DNA of 64,000 nt from Terriglobia bacterium (GTDB taxonomy: Bacteria; Acidobacteriota; Terriglobia; 20CM-2-55-15), in the NCBI GenBank assembly GCA_965198225.1, contig CBDAOY010000004.1, positions 192,001-256,000 of the forward strand. The letters run 5' to 3'. Within the stretch, counting starts at the first letter, position 1. Every line of letters begins with the position of its first letter. Of this stretch, positions 52,415-61,664 are shown piece after piece. Made by a program: the position numbers and the translations under genes. Below the pieces are notes generated by a model. That model was not told the DNA's origin, did not search any database, and was given only the letters and a program-made list of their open reading frames with translations.

Positions 52415-54460
52415 TCACGGTAGCGTGAGCGCCACGATCGAGCTCGGATAATTCGCCCCACCAATCTGCACCACAACGTACTGTTTGCCCTCGTGCAGGT
52501 AGGTCATCATGCCGTACTGGGCGCGGGTCGGAAGATCGACTGTTCCCAGCAACTCGCCCGTCCGCTTGTTCCTGGCATTGAGCACCGGCTGGTTCCCGGC
52601 GACCTCGGCTGTGAGGAGCAAGCTGCCCGTGACCATCAGGATGGCCTGCCCACCTCCGCCGGTGTTGGGGAGGTCCACCCCCGCCAGGGCGGGATGGTTC
52701 TTGATCTCATCCGGCGTTTCCCCGATGGGGACCCAGAAGAGACGCTCGCCCGTGTTCATGTCGTAGGCGGAGGTCCGGTTGTAGGGGGGCTTGGTGATCG
52801 GAAGACCCTGGGGACCCGAAAAGCGCACGTTGGGGCCGGCCACCCAGTCCGCGATCGTTTTGCCGGTCGTGAAGGGGTCGTCCGGGTTGTCCGCTTCGGC
52901 GCCGGGCCGAACCATGCCGCCGCTGCACCGTCGCCGGTGCGACACGTACATGATCCCCGCGGTCGGGTCCATCGCCGCTGGATGCGTGATGTTCAACCCG
53001 CCGGCGCAGGTGATGTTCGGCTTACCGTCATAGCCCACATGGACCCGCGGCATGTAGGGACCGCCCATCTCGAACTCATCCATGATCTCCATGGCCTCAC
53101 GCTTCAGCTCGGGCGTGAAGTCGATCACACTGTCCTCGGAGATCCCGAGTGGCTCGAAAGGCACCGGTTTCGTCGGGAAGGGTTGGGTCGGTGACGTCCA
53201 ACTGCCCGGGACCACCGATTCCGGCACCGGGCGCTCCTCGATCGGCCACACCGGCTCTCCCGTTTCCCGGTTGAACGTAAAAATCATCCCTTGTTTCGTG
53301 GTCTGAACCACCGCCGGGATCTGCTCCCCGTCTACGGTAAGGTCCACCAGCATCGGCACGTTGGGAAGATCGTAGTTCCATTGGTCGTTGTGAACCGTCT
53401 GGAAATGCCACTCCCGCTCTCCGGTATGGACGTTCAGCGCGATGATGCTCGTGCCGAACAGGTTGGCCCCAGGGCGGAATCCGCCGAAAAAGTCGATGGT
53501 CGGCGGGTTGGTCGGGATGTAGACGATGCCGCGCTCGTCGTCGCCGGAAAGGGGGGCCCACGAGGAGACGTCTCCCGTGTACTCCCAGGCATCGTTCAAC
53601 CACGTCTCGTGGCCGACCTCGCCGGGCCGGGGTATGACGTGGAACTTCCACATGTGCTCGCCGGTCCGGGCGTCATAGGCCAGGATGTCGTTGGGGATCA
53701 TCTCGGTGCGTGTCTGGTAGTAGCCCTGCTCGGCCGAGCTCCCCACGACCACAACCCCATCGACCACGATCGGCGGCGAGGAGCTGGTGAGGTACCCCAG
53801 CTCGACGGGAATCCCGAAGTCCACGTCATAGGGGCGGCCGTAGTTCTCGTAGGGCCCCCAACCCGGCAGAAGGTCGGCCAGCAGGTCCACCACACCGGTT
53901 TCGGGAAAACCTTCCAGCGGAACGGGTTTGCCCCAGTTCTCCACATGCTCACCTGTTTTCGCGTCGATGGCATGGAGGAAGAACGCGGGAGTGATGATGT
54001 AAATCACACCACGCCCGTTCAGTTCGCCGTAGCCGACTCCCTTCCCGTAGCCCGCACGCATCGACCGTTCCCACCGTGTCGTGTGAGGCTCGCGGTAGGT
54101 CCAGAGTGTTTCTCCCGTAGCGGGGTCCATCGCCACGACCGTACGGCGCTTTCCGGCTACCGTATAAAGGATGCCGTCGATGTAGCTGGGGGTCGAGCGG
54201 GACGTGATCTCCGGGATCGGGCCGAAATTGTCGCCCCGCCAGAGCCATGCAACCTCGAGGTCCTCGAAGTTCTCGCCGTTGATCTGGTCGACGGGCGAGA
54301 AGCGGGTGCCCCAGGCGTCCGCACTCTGGTAACGCCATTCCCCGTAGGGATTGCCTCGTTCCTGGGCCAGCGCCACAGTCGGTATGGCTAAGAGGACGAC
54401 CAGCGCCAGGATGACGCCGAGGCTGGGCCGTCGTCGAAGGCGCGTCGGGTTTGCTTTCAT
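52415..54460 (-). CDS. PQQ-dependent (glucose/quinate-type) dehydrogenase
   Basis: GAGG RBS before MKANPT; signal peptide; RFSPVDQIN, SSPPIVV, WHFQTVHNDQWNYDLP and MTYLHEGKQYVV. Confidence 0.85.
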   Translation of the reverse strand: MKANPTRLRRRPSLGVILALVVLLAIPTVALAQERGNPYGEWRYQSADAWGTRFSPVDQINGENFEDLEVAWLWRGDNFGPIPEITSRSTPSYIDGILYTVAGKRRTVVAMDPATGETLWTYREPHTTRWERSMRAGYGKGVGYGELNGRGVIYIITPAFFLHAIDAKTGEHVENWGKPVPLEGFPETGVVDLLADLLPGWGPYENYGRPYDVDFGIPVELGYLTSSSPPIVVDGVVVVGSSAEQGYYQTRTEMIPNDILAYDARTGEHMWKFHVIPRPGEVGHETWLNDAWEYTGDVSSWAPLSGDDERGIVYIPTNPPTIDFFGGFRPGANLFGTSIIALNVHTGEREWHFQTVHNDQWNYDLPNVPMLVDLTVDGEQIPAVVQTTKQGMIFTFNRETGEPVWPIEERPVPESVVPGSWTSPTQPFPTKPVPFEPLGISEDSVIDFTPELKREAMEIMDEFEMGGPYMPRVHVGYDGKPNITCAGGLNITHPAAMDPTAGIMYVSHRRRCSGGMVRPGAEADNPDDPFTTGKTIADWVAGPNVRFSGPQGLPITKPPYNRTSAYDMNTGERLFWVPIGETPDEIKNHPALAGVDLPNTGGGGQAILMVTGSLLLTAEVAGNQPVLNARNKRTGELLGTVDLPTRAQYGMMTYLHEGKQYVVVQIGGANYPSSIVALTLP

Positions 54461-54623
54461 TTTGTTCCTCCCGGAGTTGGAAACATTCGTGCCGGATTCC
54501 ATCGTTTTGGTTGTATCTCCGGCGAACAAAAAAGATGGGCAAAGTCTATAAGAACTAAGCGGTTGGACGCAAACAAACTCTCGACCGCCGACAACGGTCC
54601 GTGTCGGGAGGCGAGAGGCGGTT

Positions 54624-54684
54624 GTTTCAGGAACTGAAGCATGCACACGATTGGTGCTTCATAAATCCGTTCACAGGCCACTAG
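54624..54684. mobile_element. Truncated tandem copy of the adjacent MITE
   Basis: 47-bp interior 54624-54670 is identical to 54719-54765, then a short end ACAGGCCACTAG. Confidence 0.75.
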
Positions 54685-54788
54685 CGACCTGTAACAGTGC
54701 TATCGGTACCAGCGTTCGGTTTCAGGAACTGAAGCATGCACACGATTGGTGCTTCATAAATCCGTGCCGATCTGTTACAGGCCACTAG
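54681..54788. mobile_element. 108-bp MITE with IS630-like ends
   Basis: CTAGCGACCTGTAACAG...CTGTTACAGGCCACTAG, with CTAG at both ends; the right CTAG contains the ATPase stop. Confidence 0.8.
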
Positions 54789-55984
54789 TCCGCCAACCAT
54801 TTCCAGACTGGTTGGACTTTGATCGAGAGTTTTCCCCGCCTGAGGCGGTCGGTTTGTCCGAGCGTGAGGATCAGGCCGCGCCGCTTGCCCGGCAGGCGGC
54901 ACGCCTGGGCCACGCCTTCTGCTTCGCGCTCGAGGTTCGATGGAGTTAGCTCCAGGCAGACCTGGATGGCTTCGGAAGGGGTCACGAAGTCGCACTCCCA
55001 TCGATCCGTTTCGCCGGCGTAATACAGAGAGTGTCCGCGGCGGCGAAGAGCCAGGTAGACGAGGTTTTCCAGCCGCGCACCCTTGTCCGGACTGTGCTGG
55101 GGCGAGGTGGCCAGTCGCATCCCGTTGTCGATGGCGTAGTATTTCGAAGGCGTGATGATGCGCTGCTTGAAAGACGGGCTGAATTTGGCCAGGGCGTAGA
55201 AAGCATAGGCATCCTGGAGGTACTCGAGGTACCGCAACGTCTGCGATACGGAGGGAATGGCCAGGACTTTGGTCAGTCGCTGCGCGGAAAACGGCTGTCC
55301 GGTGTTGGCCAGGAGGAATAGAGCGAGATTCATCACGTGCCGTGTCTCCCGCAAGCGATGGCGCGTGGCGATGTCCCGGTGGATGATGTCGCCGAGCAGT
55401 TGCTGGAGGACCTGCGGATGCCGTTCGTGAAGAAAGGAAGGAAACCCACCGTCGTCAAGGTATGAGACGAGCGAGTCCCGGCTCGCCTTTCGGCGGGTGA
55501 ACTTCAAGTATTCCGTATAGCTGAACGGCAGAACTTCGAAGGAACGGTGCCGCCCGGTCAACTTGGAACCCAATTCCCGTCCCAGAAGCGAAGCGTTGGA
55601 ACCGGTCACACAAACAGGACGCCCACGGTCCAGGAGCGCCCGGACGAGGCGCTGCCATTCGGGAACCTCTTGAACCTCGTCAAGAAAGACGGCTTGCTTC
55701 CCCGGAGCAAGCTCGCCCACCAGCTCGATGAACGTGGGGAAATCTTCCGGCGAGAGGCCGAAGAGCCGTGTGTCTTCGAAGTTGCAGTAGAAGGCACGCT
55801 TGCGGCGGGCCATCAATTGGGATTGAAGCGTGCTCTTGCCGCCCCGGCGGACGCCGGTGAGGACCAGGGCCCGAAAGGATCGGCCAGGAATGGCGGAGAG
55901 CAGTTCCCGCTCGACTTCCGGTTTAAGCGGCGGAAGCGGCTTTTGATCCTTGAGAACGGCGACCAGTGTACTTCGTAATATCAC
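54785..55984 (-). CDS. AAA_14 ATPase with DUF4143-like C-terminus
   Basis: GVRRGGKST, FLDEVQ, VTGSNAS, GGFP, KYYAIDNG, LENLV and ECDF. Confidence 0.88.
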   Translation of the reverse strand: MILRSTLVAVLKDQKPLPPLKPEVERELLSAIPGRSFRALVLTGVRRGGKSTLQSQLMARRKRAFYCNFEDTRLFGLSPEDFPTFIELVGELAPGKQAVFLDEVQEVPEWQRLVRALLDRGRPVCVTGSNASLLGRELGSKLTGRHRSFEVLPFSYTEYLKFTRRKASRDSLVSYLDDGGFPSFLHERHPQVLQQLLGDIIHRDIATRHRLRETRHVMNLALFLLANTGQPFSAQRLTKVLAIPSVSQTLRYLEYLQDAYAFYALAKFSPSFKQRIITPSKYYAIDNGMRLATSPQHSPDKGARLENLVYLALRRRGHSLYYAGETDRWECDFVTPSEAIQVCLELTPSNLEREAEGVAQACRLPGKRRGLILTLGQTDRLRRGKLSIKVQPVWKWLAD

Positions 55985-56175
55985 AATAGTGTAATATCAT
56001 AAAATACACCTGGGGCGGGAGCTTTTTGCCGGGCTTTGCCTCTACCGAAATGCCTCCAACAAGCTGTCGCGCTCTACCGGATCCCCCCCCTTGAAGACCA
56101 TCCAGATCCGCACAGGAAATACGGGATCTCGATCTACTCCGCAGCTCGCGCCCCCCCCATAGTAGAGATACCTCT

Positions 56176-56508
56176 TCAGTTCTCGAGGGGGATGTTCGCT
56201 TCGGAATAGAACTCCCCCGACACATCGAGGCCTTCTGTGACGCCGACGTGACCGTGAAGATTGAAGAGTCCCGGCATCGCAAAGCGTCCCTCGCCCTCGA
56301 TGATCGTCGCGGAAGCTGGCACAACAACGTCGGAGCTGGGACCGAGGGCCTGTATCCTTCCATCGGCCAGGATGAGAGTCGCGTCAGCCAGCAGTTCACG
56401 TCCAGTACCGTCGATGACGTTGACTCCAAGGAGGGCAACGACCGGCTCGGGAAGCTGGGAAAGACCGGCCGTCATCAGTGCCAGCAGCCAGATCGAAACT
56501 GCTGACAT
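56176..56508 (-). pseudogene. Truncated secreted amidohydrolase (N-terminal 110 aa)
   Basis: Signal peptide; NVIDGTG, DGRI, MPGLFNLHGH, then a stop; the TIM barrel is missing. Confidence 0.75.
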
Positions 56509-56742
56509 TCTGTGTTTTCTTCCATGCATCTTGTCCATCCCCGAGTGTTTTGACAGGTGGCACCAAGCGGACCGATCCGCCAACGGTTTCCTTAGATGAG
56601 GTCGAGGATACGGAAGGAAAAGCTTCGAGGCAACGTTTGAACGTCACGCGCCACCCGCGGCCGAACTGCTAGACTTACGCCGCCGGATCGATCAGGATAT
56701 CGATCATACGGGTACCCATCCTTAACTGCGCCAGGAGGACAA

Positions 56743-57918
56743 ATGGACCAGAACCCATTCGGTCTGAACAGATCGACCCGAACCTTGCTTCTCGCCGCAT
56801 CCTGCGCCGCGGCGCTGGCTTTATCCGTGCCGGCGCACACGGCCGGCCAGGATACCGGCGCTTTCCGGCCCGATCACGTCATCGGGTCCCGGCCCGAGAC
56901 GGTGTCCTGGGGATGGTACCCGATCGACAAAGAGCCCGTGGCGAGGATCCAGTCCGGGCAGACCGTTCGCATCGACACGCTCACCCACGCGGGAGCCACG
57001 CAGAATCAGGAACCCGTGGAGTACCTCTCGGGGATGGGCGTCGGTCGAGAGGACATACTCCAGGACATGCTGGATTTCTGGGCCTCGAGGGAGGGCCGTC
57101 CGCGGGAGGGTCGCAGCGGACACGTTATCACGGGCCCGGTCTACATCGAGGACGCCGAACCGGGCGACATGCTCGAGATCCAGATCCTCGACATCGAAAC
57201 CCGCGTGCCCTGGGGGATCAACAACACGAGCTCACGGGGCGGTGTCTTCTCGACCAGCTACCCCGGATTTGACGAGGACGACGCGGCGTTGGACATACCG
57301 CCGGGTACGCGGCACCTGATTCGTACCGGCCGGATGGGGGGCCGCGAGGTTGCTTTCTTCGCGCCCGACATCGAAGTGCCGCTGGCGCCCTTCATGGGCA
57401 TCCTCGCGGTCGCGCCGGACCCCGTCGTCGGTCAGCCCGGCGTGACCCTGCCGGGCGTACAGGGGTCGCGGCCGCCGGGGGCCTTCGGCGGCAACCTGGA
57501 CGTCAAGGACCTGAAGGCCGGGACGACCCTCTACCTTCCGGTATTCCAGCCCGGCGCCCTCTTCTACACCGGCGACCCGCATAGTGTCCAGGGCGACGGC
57601 GAGGTGAGTGGCACTGCGATCGAGCAGTCACTGAGCGGGACATTCCGGTTCGTGGTGCACAAGGGGAAATCGATCTCAGGCCCTCGCGCTGAAGACGACA
57701 CGCATTACATGATCATGGGGATCGATCTCGATCTCGACCGGGCGATGCGGCACGCGACGTGGGAAGTCGTGGACTTTCTCGTCGAGGAGAAGGGGCTCAC
57801 CCCAGCCAAGGCGCTTTCGCTGGCGAGTATCGCGGTCGACTTTCGCGTGGGCGAAGTCGTCGACCTTACGCAGGTGGTCGTGGGCTATATCCCGAAGGAC
57901 ATATTCCTCGAGCAGTGA
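56743..57918 (+). CDS. Acetamidase/formamidase family protein with signal peptide
   Basis: GHVITGPVYIEDAEPGD, FGGNLDVK and GDPHSVQGDGEVSGTAIE. Confidence 0.9.
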   Translation: MDQNPFGLNRSTRTLLLAASCAAALALSVPAHTAGQDTGAFRPDHVIGSRPETVSWGWYPIDKEPVARIQSGQTVRIDTLTHAGATQNQEPVEYLSGMGVGREDILQDMLDFWASREGRPREGRSGHVITGPVYIEDAEPGDMLEIQILDIETRVPWGINNTSSRGGVFSTSYPGFDEDDAALDIPPGTRHLIRTGRMGGREVAFFAPDIEVPLAPFMGILAVAPDPVVGQPGVTLPGVQGSRPPGAFGGNLDVKDLKAGTTLYLPVFQPGALFYTGDPHSVQGDGEVSGTAIEQSLSGTFRFVVHKGKSISGPRAEDDTHYMIMGIDLDLDRAMRHATWEVVDFLVEEKGLTPAKALSLASIAVDFRVGEVVDLTQVVVGYIPKDIFLEQ

Positions 57919-57942
57919 GGCCACGCGCTGTTCGAACGACGA

Positions 57943-58410
57943 CTATCGGCCTGAGTCCAGCAGTGTGGGAGGAAACCGGAGTCGATATCTGGAACCGTCT
58001 GCCGGATTCTCGAAGAGGAAGACGCCGCCGATGGACGGCGCGTCGCTCTGTCCTCCCAGGAATGTAACCGATTCGGAGGAGACCGGACTCTCCACGACCT
58101 GTCCGGCGATCCGGGAGTTGTGCGTCCCCCGCACGAAGCGTGCCGGGGGACCGAGAACGAATTCCAGCGACAGCGTCATCCGGTCTTCGCCGTGCGTGAA
58201 AACGCCGTTTGCGCGAACGTCGGCGCCGTCCCTCTGTCCCGACATCGATTCAACGACCACCGGCCCGACTTCGACCCATTCGGAACCCTCGTACCTTTCC
58301 AGGCCGGGGCTGGTCGGCGCACAGCCGGATGCAAGCAGCGCCCATCCGAGTGCGCATCGGAAAACCAAAATGAATCGGGGGGTGCTCCATATTGTCATCA
58401 GGCCTTTCAT
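57943..58410 (-). CDS. Hypothetical lipoprotein
   Basis: Hydrophobic N-terminus with LASGC lipobox. Confidence 0.6.
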   Translation of the reverse strand: MKGLMTIWSTPRFILVFRCALGWALLASGCAPTSPGLERYEGSEWVEVGPVVVESMSGQRDGADVRANGVFTHGEDRMTLSLEFVLGPPARFVRGTHNSRIAGQVVESPVSSESVTFLGGQSDAPSIGGVFLFENPADGSRYRLRFPPTLLDSGR

Positions 58411-58463
58411 TGCGCTGTTGTCAGCTCGGACAGAATCGCTTGCTCTTGGAGTCTATCTGAGAA

Positions 58464-59624
58464 ATGCCCGCTTTCGTGAGCTGTGACCTTCTCGTAATCG
58501 GCGCCGGACCGTACGGGGTCGCGACTGCCGCTTACGCGAAGAGCCGCGGACTGGATGTGATTGTTTGCGGCAAGTTCATGGAATTCTGGAAACGCAGTAT
58601 GCCGGACGGGTTGATCTTGCGCTCCGACGAAAAGTGGCATCTGGACGTCGAACAGATTCACACGTTCAGAAGGTTTTTAGAAGAAGCCGGTTACACGAAG
58701 GAGCAGATTACGCCCATCCCGGTTTCCGTGTTCCTGGAATATGCCGACTGGTTCAGGGATCGTAAGAAACTCGCGGTTCGCGACTGCTACGTAACCGAAT
58801 TGAGCGGGTCGGAAGGCGCATTCCAGGCAAAGACAGATGCCGGCCACGCAATCGGCGCTGACAGAGTCGTCGTTGCTCCCGGCTACCGTTGCTTTCGAAA
58901 GCTCCCAGACGATGTCGTAGAGCTTCTTCCAGAAGGTTCTTTCAAACACACGTCGGATCACAAGAATTTTGAAGAGCTGAGAGGCAAACGCTGCCTGATC
59001 ATCGGTGGTCGACAGAGTGCCTACGAGTCGGCGGCGCTGATTGCCGAACTTCCTGCCGAGAAAGTGTTCATCAGTCACCGGCACAAGATGCCGAAGTTCA
59101 TCCCCAGCGATTGGTCGGTGCTGGAGGAGATGGCCGAGAATACATCGAATGATCCTTCCTGGTGGCGAACGCTGGATCAGCACGCACGGGCTGAGATGGT
59201 CGGCCGTGCGATCGAAGCGGGTCGGCTCCGCTTGGAGCCCTGGTTGTGGCCGAGGCTCCAAAGATGGAAGGTTGAAGTCTTCGAAGAAACGACGCTCGAA
59301 AACGCAAGTCGGTCCTCCGACGGAATCCAGGTTCGCCTCAGCAACGGCAAGGAATTCGAGGTTGATGAGGTGGTTCTCGGGACGGGTTACGAGGTCGATG
59401 TTTCAAAGCTGGGGTTCCTTTCCCCTGAGCTGAAGGACGGGCTGAGGACTGAGAACGGCGTACCGTGTCTTGATGAAGGCATGCAGGCCGCGGGCGTGGA
59501 GGGTCTCTATCTTGTGGGGATGATTTCGGCGAAAGAATTCAGTCTGGTATTCGGTTTTACGAGAGGATGTCCCGTGGCGGCGCGAATCGTCGTCGATAGC
59601 GTTTGCGAATCGCTTGAAGTCTGA
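58464..59624 (+). CDS. FAD/NAD(P)-dependent oxidoreductase
   Basis: IGAGPYG, IIGGRQSAYE, LGTGY and GLYLVG. Confidence 0.85.
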   Translation: MPAFVSCDLLVIGAGPYGVATAAYAKSRGLDVIVCGKFMEFWKRSMPDGLILRSDEKWHLDVEQIHTFRRFLEEAGYTKEQITPIPVSVFLEYADWFRDRKKLAVRDCYVTELSGSEGAFQAKTDAGHAIGADRVVVAPGYRCFRKLPDDVVELLPEGSFKHTSDHKNFEELRGKRCLIIGGRQSAYESAALIAELPAEKVFISHRHKMPKFIPSDWSVLEEMAENTSNDPSWWRTLDQHARAEMVGRAIEAGRLRLEPWLWPRLQRWKVEVFEETTLENASRSSDGIQVRLSNGKEFEVDEVVLGTGYEVDVSKLGFLSPELKDGLRTENGVPCLDEGMQAAGVEGLYLVGMISAKEFSLVFGFTRGCPVAARIVVDSVCESLEV

Positions 59625-59651
59625 GTGGGATTCCGCACAACGCTCCGGGAA

Positions 59652-59707
59652 GTGTAGGTGCGGTCTATGACCGCACATTCTTCGAACCGAAACGATGTGC
59701 GCTCATA
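59652..59707. repeat. REP doublet copy 7 (right arm truncated)
   Basis: Left arm and spacer intact; right arm stops at GTGCGCTCATA. Confidence 0.85.
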
Positions 59708-59781
59708 CAAGCTGTGAGCGAATCACGGGAGCGAAAACTCGGGTGGTGGCGGGCTTTTCACGAAGAAACCGCGATCCCCAA

Positions 59782-59854
59782 GTGCAGGTGCGCCCTATGA
59801 GCGCACAAATGCTCGCGGAACCACGAGTTGTGCGGTCATAGACCGCACCTACAC
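59782..59854. repeat. REP doublet copy 8
   Basis: GTGCAGGTGCGCCCTATGAGCGCAC + 23 nt + GTGCGGTCATAGACCGCACCTACAC. Confidence 0.85.
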
Positions 59855-60128
59855 CAGTGGCCTGTAACAGTGCTATCGGCACCATCGCCGATGGGTCTTG
59901 CGGGCGAGGTCGAGGAGGGAGACGGAAAGCGATGCTCATTCATCGGTGACGGCTTCCGACAAAGAGATCGCCCGCAACCCCCATCGGCCCGAAGGGTTCG
60001 GCGGAACGGCGCCGTCTTCGGTGTCGTAACACCCTCGCAATGAAACAGCATTGGCTCGGGCGTCACTCCTAGAATCCGACGCCGTTCCGCCGAACGCTGG
60101 TACCGATAGCACTGTTACAGGTCACTAG
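59854..60128. mobile_element. 275-bp MITE with IS630-like ends and two internal hairpins
   Basis: TIRs CCAGTGGCCTGTAACAGTGCTATCGG and CCGATAGCACTGTTACAGGTCACTAG. Confidence 0.82.
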
Positions 60129-60135
60129 GCCTCGG

Positions 60136-61401
60136 TCACCAGCTCACGCGAAGACCCGTCGTGGCAGCAACACCCGAGTAAGCCCCACCGTCGTCCGCGC
60201 GATCGTTCATGTCCCCGAACTGCACCCCGCCCTGGAGCTTCAGCTTGTGTCCGTAGAAGTAGTAGTTGATGCCCACGTACAGCTCGTTATAGCGATCGCC
60301 CCGCCCGCCGGTAAGCTTGTTCTCGTATCGTGCCAGCCGGACTCCGTTGGGGTTCTCACTGCGGAGGTAGGTGTGGCGGCCGACGACCTGAAGCTTGGCC
60401 GTGAGGTCGAAGAACGGCAAGATCATCGCGCCCCACAGGTCGCTCTGGCTCCCGTAGCCCGATGCCGCCGACACATCGGCTCGCACACCCCAACTGCCGT
60501 CTTCCAACTTGATGTTCACGGAAGTCACGTGCCGGTGCGGACGTGTAAACGTGTTGTCGGGATCCGGGTTCTGGTACACGTAGTTACCCGCCAGGAGTGC
60601 TTCGTCGACCTCCAGAGCCGCGCCGAAATCGTAACCCAGAACCGCAAGCGTGAACGCGCTTCCCGAGAACCTGCCAAACTCACGGTTTGCTGAACCCGCC
60701 GAATAGACGCCGGCGCGATAGGTCCAGTTCGACACCTCCCCGGAAACGCTGACGCCTGGCATGTACTCATTCGGAAACCACATGTTGTTAGCCAGGTTGC
60801 TGCGGTCGATCGTCAGAAGCTCCTTGGACGAGGTTGAACCCTCCGCGGTGAAGGGCACACTCTGCTTGCCCACCCTCAGCGCCAACGGTGCGCTCCTGCT
60901 CCATTCCAGATAGAAATCAGTAAGCCGCCTGTAAAAGGGATCGGTTTCCTGAGGGTTGAGCTCCGCCTCGGCGTGCAGGGTCAACTGGTGGAACAGCTCT
61001 GATTTCAAACCGATCCGCATGCGGCGGACGTTCCATTCATCGTGCGTGGCGTCCTCGTCATTGACCACCGCGTATTCGTATTGAAAGCGGCCGCTGAACA
61101 GCACACTCTGCACCACAGGGTGCTGTTCGTCGTCGTGCCACTCGGCGAACTTCCAGATGCGGTCGTAGGTGGATGCTTGTCCCTGCGCCGCGCCGGCGTC
61201 GAACGGCGTCAGCTCCGGCTGATCCCGAACCGACTCTTCCAGGTTCGCGATCCGCTTCTCCTGTCGGGCGAGCCGCTCTTCCGATGCCGTACCAGAAAAT
61301 GCAGGGTCTCCTGCGTTCTTCGCGTCGTCCGCGCGTCCCACGACGGAGAAGGAGATTGTCAGGACCGACACCACAACCATGCGCAAAGGTTGGATTCTCA
61401 C
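60136..61401 (-). CDS. Outer-membrane porin (OprO/OprP-like)
   Basis: Signal peptide and short coiled coil; SGRFQ, VRRMRIG, SSKELLTIDRS, YYFYGHKLKLQ; terminal aromatic W. Confidence 0.82.
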   Translation of the reverse strand: MRIQPLRMVVVSVLTISFSVVGRADDAKNAGDPAFSGTASEERLARQEKRIANLEESVRDQPELTPFDAGAAQGQASTYDRIWKFAEWHDDEQHPVVQSVLFSGRFQYEYAVVNDEDATHDEWNVRRMRIGLKSELFHQLTLHAEAELNPQETDPFYRRLTDFYLEWSRSAPLALRVGKQSVPFTAEGSTSSKELLTIDRSNLANNMWFPNEYMPGVSVSGEVSNWTYRAGVYSAGSANREFGRFSGSAFTLAVLGYDFGAALEVDEALLAGNYVYQNPDPDNTFTRPHRHVTSVNIKLEDGSWGVRADVSAASGYGSQSDLWGAMILPFFDLTAKLQVVGRHTYLRSENPNGVRLARYENKLTGGRGDRYNELYVGINYYFYGHKLKLQGGVQFGDMNDRADDGGAYSGVAATTGLRVSW

Positions 61402-61664
61402 TTTTCCTCCGGTTGTTCGGTTGAGTGCTCTCGACGAGCCGGGCCCCGGCCCAAACGCGTGACACTAAGTTTGTGCCACAGATCCAGAGACTCGCGTGAA
61501 CTTTCAGCGAAGCGAAGGTGCATTTTACGCAAACGTAGCGTTTAGGTCATCGACCTTAAACATCTTCATGGTTACGGGAAGAGCCAGGAAAGACTATTTC
61601 CGGAACGCGACGAAGTCGCCTCCGCTCGGGTTGACCGGCTGACCGCTGTCAGCTGATCGCCGAT

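Noticed and set aside
54461-54646. N-terminal extension of the PQQ dehydrogenase
   Set aside because: It begins inside MITE sequence; the RBS and signal peptide support ATG 54460.
59652-59854. CRISPR-like repeat-spacer pattern
   Set aside because: Arms are inverted, dispersed through the window and have related spacers; no cas genes. This is a REP family.
61464-61478. Sigma54 promoter upstream of the porin
   Set aside because: TGGCAC is present on the minus strand, but the -12 position reads TAGT rather than TTGC.
61639-61661. Short heptamer-like run GCTGACC GCTGTCA GCTGATC after fabI
   Set aside because: Only three degenerate units; too short to support a call.
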